Both the position numbers and the translations under genes were made by a program. From Promethearchaeota archaeon (GTDB taxonomy: Archaea; Asgardarchaeota; Lokiarchaeia; Sigyniarchaeales; SOKP01), in NCBI GenBank assembly GCA_048941015.1, contig JBHLNZ010000010.1, positions 1 to 64,000 on the forward strand: a stretch of 64,000 bases of DNA, read 5' to 3'. The notes beneath the pieces were generated by a model that was not told the DNA's origin, did no database searches, and saw only the letters and a program-made list of their open reading frames with translations. Below are positions 60,004 through 64,000 of this stretch, piece after piece (position 1 is the stretch's first letter; the number at the start of each line of letters is the position of its first letter).

Positions 60004-60638
60004 TTAATTTCTTGTTCTATATCTATTAATCGCAATATATAGAGATCCTATAATTATCCCTACTATTAACAAGAAAGAAACACTTATTAGATATCTTAAA
60101 ATACCGAGGCTTTCAATATCTAAAAAAGGGTATAAGTAATCCCCTGTAAATATTCCATTTATTAACGAAAACAATAAATAACCTATTGGATAAATAATCC
60201 AATAAAGAAAATATTTCCATTTATATCTGAACTGATTTTCCGTAAATAGCCAATCCACTATAAAAGCAATTGGGGCACATAATGCAAGATAAGATTACTG
60301 AATGCAGCCCATCCTGTAGGGTGATAAAAAATCTGTAATAGGATTGCAAAGAAGACAAATGTTGTGGTAATATAGAGAGTAAATGCTCCCTTCAAAGATC
60401 CCATAATTTTCTTAAGATAATCTGGTTTATTATACCAAATAATTGCTAATGTAAACCATATAGAAACTAATAAATTCGTCTGCATGGTATAATATTTAAA
60501 GTTCAATAACCAAACGAGAGGCATCCCCGAAGTTATTGTATTGATGAAAAATCCAACTACTATTGTAAACCAGCTTAAAGTAACGATAATTATTCTATAT
60601 AATAGAACTATTTTGTTTGAAATAATCATTTTTTTCAT
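60004..60638 (-). pseudogene. Pr6Pr / FAR-17a-AIG1-like membrane protein split by a 1-nt frameshift
   Basis: YYTMQTN and LH in ORF 60258-60638; DW and YPFLD in ORF 60004-60258; adding one base near 60277 gives LHYVAPIAFIVDWLF. Confidence 0.8.
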
Positions 60639-60834
60639 CTTAAAAGACCTTAATTAATTGATGATTATAGTCTTAAATAAGATTCTTAAATAAAAATTAT
60701 TTCTTTTTGAGGATTTTAATATATCATTTCCAATGCTTCTAAAACTATACAGAAAAATCTAAAAGGAATTAAATATTTCAGAATTTAACTGTCTACTAAA
60801 TATAATAAATTAATTTCATTGATGGAATTGAATA

Positions 60835-61947
60835 TTGATGAGCCTTAAGTTAGAAGATGTAAAAGGGCTTGGTAAAAAAGCCGAAGATCTAAGGAAAGTA
60901 GGAATTGATTCTGTAGAAAAGTTAGCAAACACAAAAGTCGATGATCTACTTAAAATAAAAGGTATTGGAAAAGCTTCTGCTGATAAATTCATAACAAGTG
61001 CTAAGGAGTTAATTAGTGGAGGATCAATTGAGCCCAAGAAGTTATCAGAATCAGCTGCATTAGCAGAAGAAGATAAAAAAGGTAAAGAGGAACTTAAAAG
61101 GTTAGAAGAAAAAAGAAAGAAATTAGAAGGAAAAAAAGTTGAGAATGATGATTTTGTTTTGGTTAAAATAACTGGCAAAACTCAACGTGGCACAATTTTC
61201 CGTGTTTCTTCTGAAGAAGATGCTAAAAAAGCAGGTATATATGATGATCAAAAAGCAAAACAAGGCTATTACACTCCAGAGTTTGTAATTGTTGGTAAAC
61301 CAGGTTTTTTAAATGAGGGATTAACAGAAACTTTACAAGATATGAATTATTTTGAAAAAAAATCAGTAAGAGTTCCTCCTTCAAAAGCGTTTGGTAGAAG
61401 AGATCCTCAGAAAATTGAAAGAATTGGTATTGCTAAATTTAGAAAATTAAATGATGGTAAAAATCCTGAAATTGGACAAGAATTCATCAAGAAGGGGACT
61501 GGTCAAAGAGGAGTAGTTACAAACATCTTACAAGGAAGAGTAATAGTTGATTATAATCATCCATTAGCTGGGCAATCAATCGATTATAACTTAGAAGTAG
61601 TAGAAAAAATAGAAGAATTCGATGAAAAAATAGAATATTTTATGATTTCAAAGGGTATTCCAAAAGAAAATGTAAAGGATTTTAAGATTAATTACAATAA
61701 GGATAATAAATTATTGGAAATCACTATACCTAAGATGTTCCTTTTTCAGAATTTAACATATATAAAGTTTGGGTTAGCTTTAGACTTGCAAACTCATATG
61801 AGTGATGAAATAAATGATGTTAAGTTTATAGAGATCTATGAAAAAATGCCAATCCCTGAAAGCCCAGCTGACTCTGTTAACCAAAAAGTTGAAGAATTCA
61901 ATATAGAGCAAGAAGAGAACACTGGAAAGGAGAAAAATAAAAATTAA
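60835..61947 (+). CDS. Long-type FKBP peptidyl-prolyl isomerase with N-terminal helix-hairpin-helix domain
   Basis: VKGLG/IKGIG HhH pair; PPSKAFG.R, VDYNHPLAG. Confidence 0.88.
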   Translation: MMSLKLEDVKGLGKKAEDLRKVGIDSVEKLANTKVDDLLKIKGIGKASADKFITSAKELISGGSIEPKKLSESAALAEEDKKGKEELKRLEEKRKKLEGKKVENDDFVLVKITGKTQRGTIFRVSSEEDAKKAGIYDDQKAKQGYYTPEFVIVGKPGFLNEGLTETLQDMNYFEKKSVRVPPSKAFGRRDPQKIERIGIAKFRKLNDGKNPEIGQEFIKKGTGQRGVVTNILQGRVIVDYNHPLAGQSIDYNLEVVEKIEEFDEKIEYFMISKGIPKENVKDFKINYNKDNKLLEITIPKMFLFQNLTYIKFGLALDLQTHMSDEINDVKFIEIYEKMPIPESPADSVNQKVEEFNIEQEENTGKEKNKN

Positions 61948-61971
61948 AATTTTAAGGAAATTTATGTAATA

Positions 61972-62982
61972 TTATTCAGTTCTGAATTTAGATATAAGCT
62001 CTTCTTTTTTAATTTTCTTTTGATCTTTGAATTCTGATTTTTTTTTTTCGTAATCAGCTTTTTTCCGTTGAAATTCTAATCTTTTCTTTAAAGCTTTCTC
62101 TTTTTTAGTATGTTTCTTTTTTAAATATGCTTTTTTAGTCTTTTTAAATTCTTTTTTGGCTTTCTTATATTCTTTTTTCTTTTTTTTATATTTTTCATAC
62201 TTCTTTTTTATTTCTCTTCGAAGATTTGGGCTAATTTTTTCTATTCCTAAAGCATTTAATTGTTTTTTAAAATTATCAAATGACTCAAATCTAATTACTA
62301 TAATTCCTAACTCTCGAGCAGGAATGAGATTTCTAATTTTGTCATCAATAAATACACACTTTTTTGGTTTTGTATCTAATTTGTTTAACACATATTTGTA
62401 TTTTTCTATATCTGGTTTTATCATTCCAAGTTCATTTGAAAGGAATACATTATCAAACATGTCATAGAATCCTCTTAAATCATTCGACTTAGCGTGAATA
62501 TCATGAGTATTTGACATTAAACTAACAGTATATCCCGCATTATGTAAGCGTTCAATAATTTCTGCCATATCGGATGAAATATGTGTTACTTTTGTATAAA
62601 GATTAAACCAAAGCTCAATATAATAAGCCACATTCATTCTTTTTGGAGGTAAAGCCCCATTTTTCTTTTGATAGGGATAATAGTATTTTTCAAAAATTTT
62701 TTCTAAAAATTCATTAGAAGAAATAATACCAGAACTTAATCTTCGTTTTAATTTTCTAAGATAAGGTTCAGTAAGAATATCAGGAATTTTAATTTTTAAA
62801 TCATGTTCTAATATGGCGAAAAGATTCTTGAGAACAAAAGTCTTTTCAATTAGAACCCCTCCAAAATCGAATATAAAGTGTTTGATCTTATAAAGTTTCA
62901 CTTTTTGTTTTTTAAAGACTTTATTCTCCTTTTTATCAATTTTTTTTGCTTTATATTTCTGATCGTTCATTATTAATATCAA
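61972..62982 (-). CDS. HAD family phosphatase with lysine-rich C-terminal extension
   Basis: FDFGGVL, MSNT, KPD, FIDD; last ~80 aa very Lys-rich. Confidence 0.88.
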   Translation of the reverse strand: MILIMNDQKYKAKKIDKKENKVFKKQKVKLYKIKHFIFDFGGVLIEKTFVLKNLFAILEHDLKIKIPDILTEPYLRKLKRRLSSGIISSNEFLEKIFEKYYYPYQKKNGALPPKRMNVAYYIELWFNLYTKVTHISSDMAEIIERLHNAGYTVSLMSNTHDIHAKSNDLRGFYDMFDNVFLSNELGMIKPDIEKYKYVLNKLDTKPKKCVFIDDKIRNLIPARELGIIVIRFESFDNFKKQLNALGIEKISPNLRREIKKKYEKYKKKKKEYKKAKKEFKKTKKAYLKKKHTKKEKALKKRLEFQRKKADYEKKKSEFKDQKKIKKEELISKFRTE

Positions 62983-63767
62983 ATTTTAATTTTTATATCT
63001 TGAAATTTCTCTAAAATTAAATTACATACTTTAGATACAGGATCTCCCTCGCATTTCCAATTTGAAAATTCAGGAAAAGATCCAGAATCTACAATGTATA
63101 ACCTATTCGTTGATTCTTCTTTAACAATATCTAAGTGACCAAATAATAAATTATAATTACTTTTCCATTTGGTTAAGATTTCTTTAATTTCATTAGAAAA
63201 ATTGATCTTTTTCACTTCAGCATGCTCATTCATTAAAGGTTTTTTTTCACATACACAGAATTCATCACTAATAAAGTAAGCCAAATAATGTTTGCCAAAA
63301 ATGAATTTTTCTAAGAAAAGAATACCATTATCAATATCTTTAAGATCTTCTTTAGTTTTGATAACCTTAACGCCTCTGCTTCCCGATCCCATAATAGGTT
63401 TTAAAATTAGAGGATAATCTGAGGATTTAACTTGACTTATTATTGTATCAATAGTGCCTAAAAAAGTCTTAGGGACTAGAAATCCTGCTTTTTTTGCTAA
63501 ATGTTTTGACTCAATTCTGTTTTTATTTTTAAATGAAATTTCTGTATTTGGAATAACTGGTATTTTATTTGCTTCTAAAAAATAACCTGCGTATAAATAA
63601 AACATTTTTTTAGATTTGAGAATGAAAAAGTCATTTTCTAAAAGGTTTTCATCGATGTTCGAATTATCAGCACTATAAATTTTTACATCCATTCCTTTAC
63701 TTTCATAATATTTCTTCATTTTGCCTGTAAAGTGTGTTTTTCTCTTAGATAGGATTCCAATTTTCAT
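62979..63767 (-). CDS. ATP-grasp protein (RimK/ITPK1-like), atypical metal-binding motif
   Basis: VPKT, YPLILKP..GSGSRGV, LEKFI, GHLDIV, IVDSGSFP. Confidence 0.8.
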   Translation of the reverse strand: MKIGILSKRKTHFTGKMKKYYESKGMDVKIYSADNSNIDENLLENDFFILKSKKMFYLYAGYFLEANKIPVIPNTEISFKNKNRIESKHLAKKAGFLVPKTFLGTIDTIISQVKSSDYPLILKPIMGSGSRGVKVIKTKEDLKDIDNGILFLEKFIFGKHYLAYFISDEFCVCEKKPLMNEHAEVKKINFSNEIKEILTKWKSNYNLLFGHLDIVKEESTNRLYIVDSGSFPEFSNWKCEGDPVSKVCNLILEKFQDIKIKI

Positions 63768-63780
63768 TTTGATTTCTCAT

Positions 63781-64000
63781 TTAGTTCTTTGCTTGATTAA
63801 TTAAATAATCGCCTACTATTTTGGGACCATTTTTAATATAATTAAAATTGGGGGATGAATTAATATCTGTTAAATAAAAATTTCCTTTCTTATCTTGAAG
63901 AAAATCAATAGATGCAATTTTTAGATCAATACATTCTATTGCTTTCGAGGTTATTTCCCTTAATTCTGGAGTTTCATCAATTCTTTTCCGTGATTTCATC
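63781..64000 (-). CDS. C-terminal part of an ATP-grasp protein (continues beyond window)
   Basis: ASIDFL..FYLTDINSSPNF. Confidence 0.75.
   Translation of the reverse strand, partial: MKSRKRIDETPELREITSKAIECIDLKIASIDFLQDKKGNFYLTDINSSPNFNYIKNGPKIVGDYLINQAKN

Noticed and set aside
8721-62467. Short ORFs nested in or antisense to long genes (e.g. 8721, 9876, 17615, 20118, 20170, 23884, 25390, 30021, 35807, 40129, 40454, 41801, 42636, 44658, 49099, 49554, 54173, 54447, 54560, 57337, 58393, 60816, 62156)
   Set aside because: Overlap well-supported genes and show no recognisable motifs.
1-64000. Selenocysteine read-through, CRISPR arrays, IS elements, rRNA
   Set aside because: TGA-ending genes examined look complete; no spaced repeats, transposase motifs or long structured RNA seen by eye.

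Overview
AT-rich, gene-dense archaeal chromosomal window. Gene content (eukaryote-type ubiquitin, roadblock, longin/uDENN-like protein, LSm-L37e pair, SepCysS, proteasome beta, SepF, BHB-intron tRNA) points to an Asgard archaeon, most likely Lokiarchaeia; this is inferred, not searched. About 60 CDSs and one tRNA-Leu(UAA) with two non-canonical introns, which the ORF track does not show. No rRNA, CRISPR array, transposase or integrase was seen. Strongest candidate for an undescribed system: a 12-kb 6-deoxyhexose locus (44.5-56.7 kb) combining a sugar transporter, GH78, GH29, L-rhamnose isomerase and two unrelated aldolases with an aldehyde:ferredoxin oxidoreductase and a divergent two-subunit aconitase X, and no sugar kinase. 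Other highlights: an Ltp4/Ltp3-type aldolase operon flanked by two DUF35 genes; tandem ATP-grasp genes with ITPK1-like motifs coupled to a HAD phosphatase with a poly-Lys tail; an E1-like gene whose full-length form needs a non-canonical (probably ATT) start; and a single-base frameshift in a membrane protein gene. All family assignments come from motif recognition by eye.
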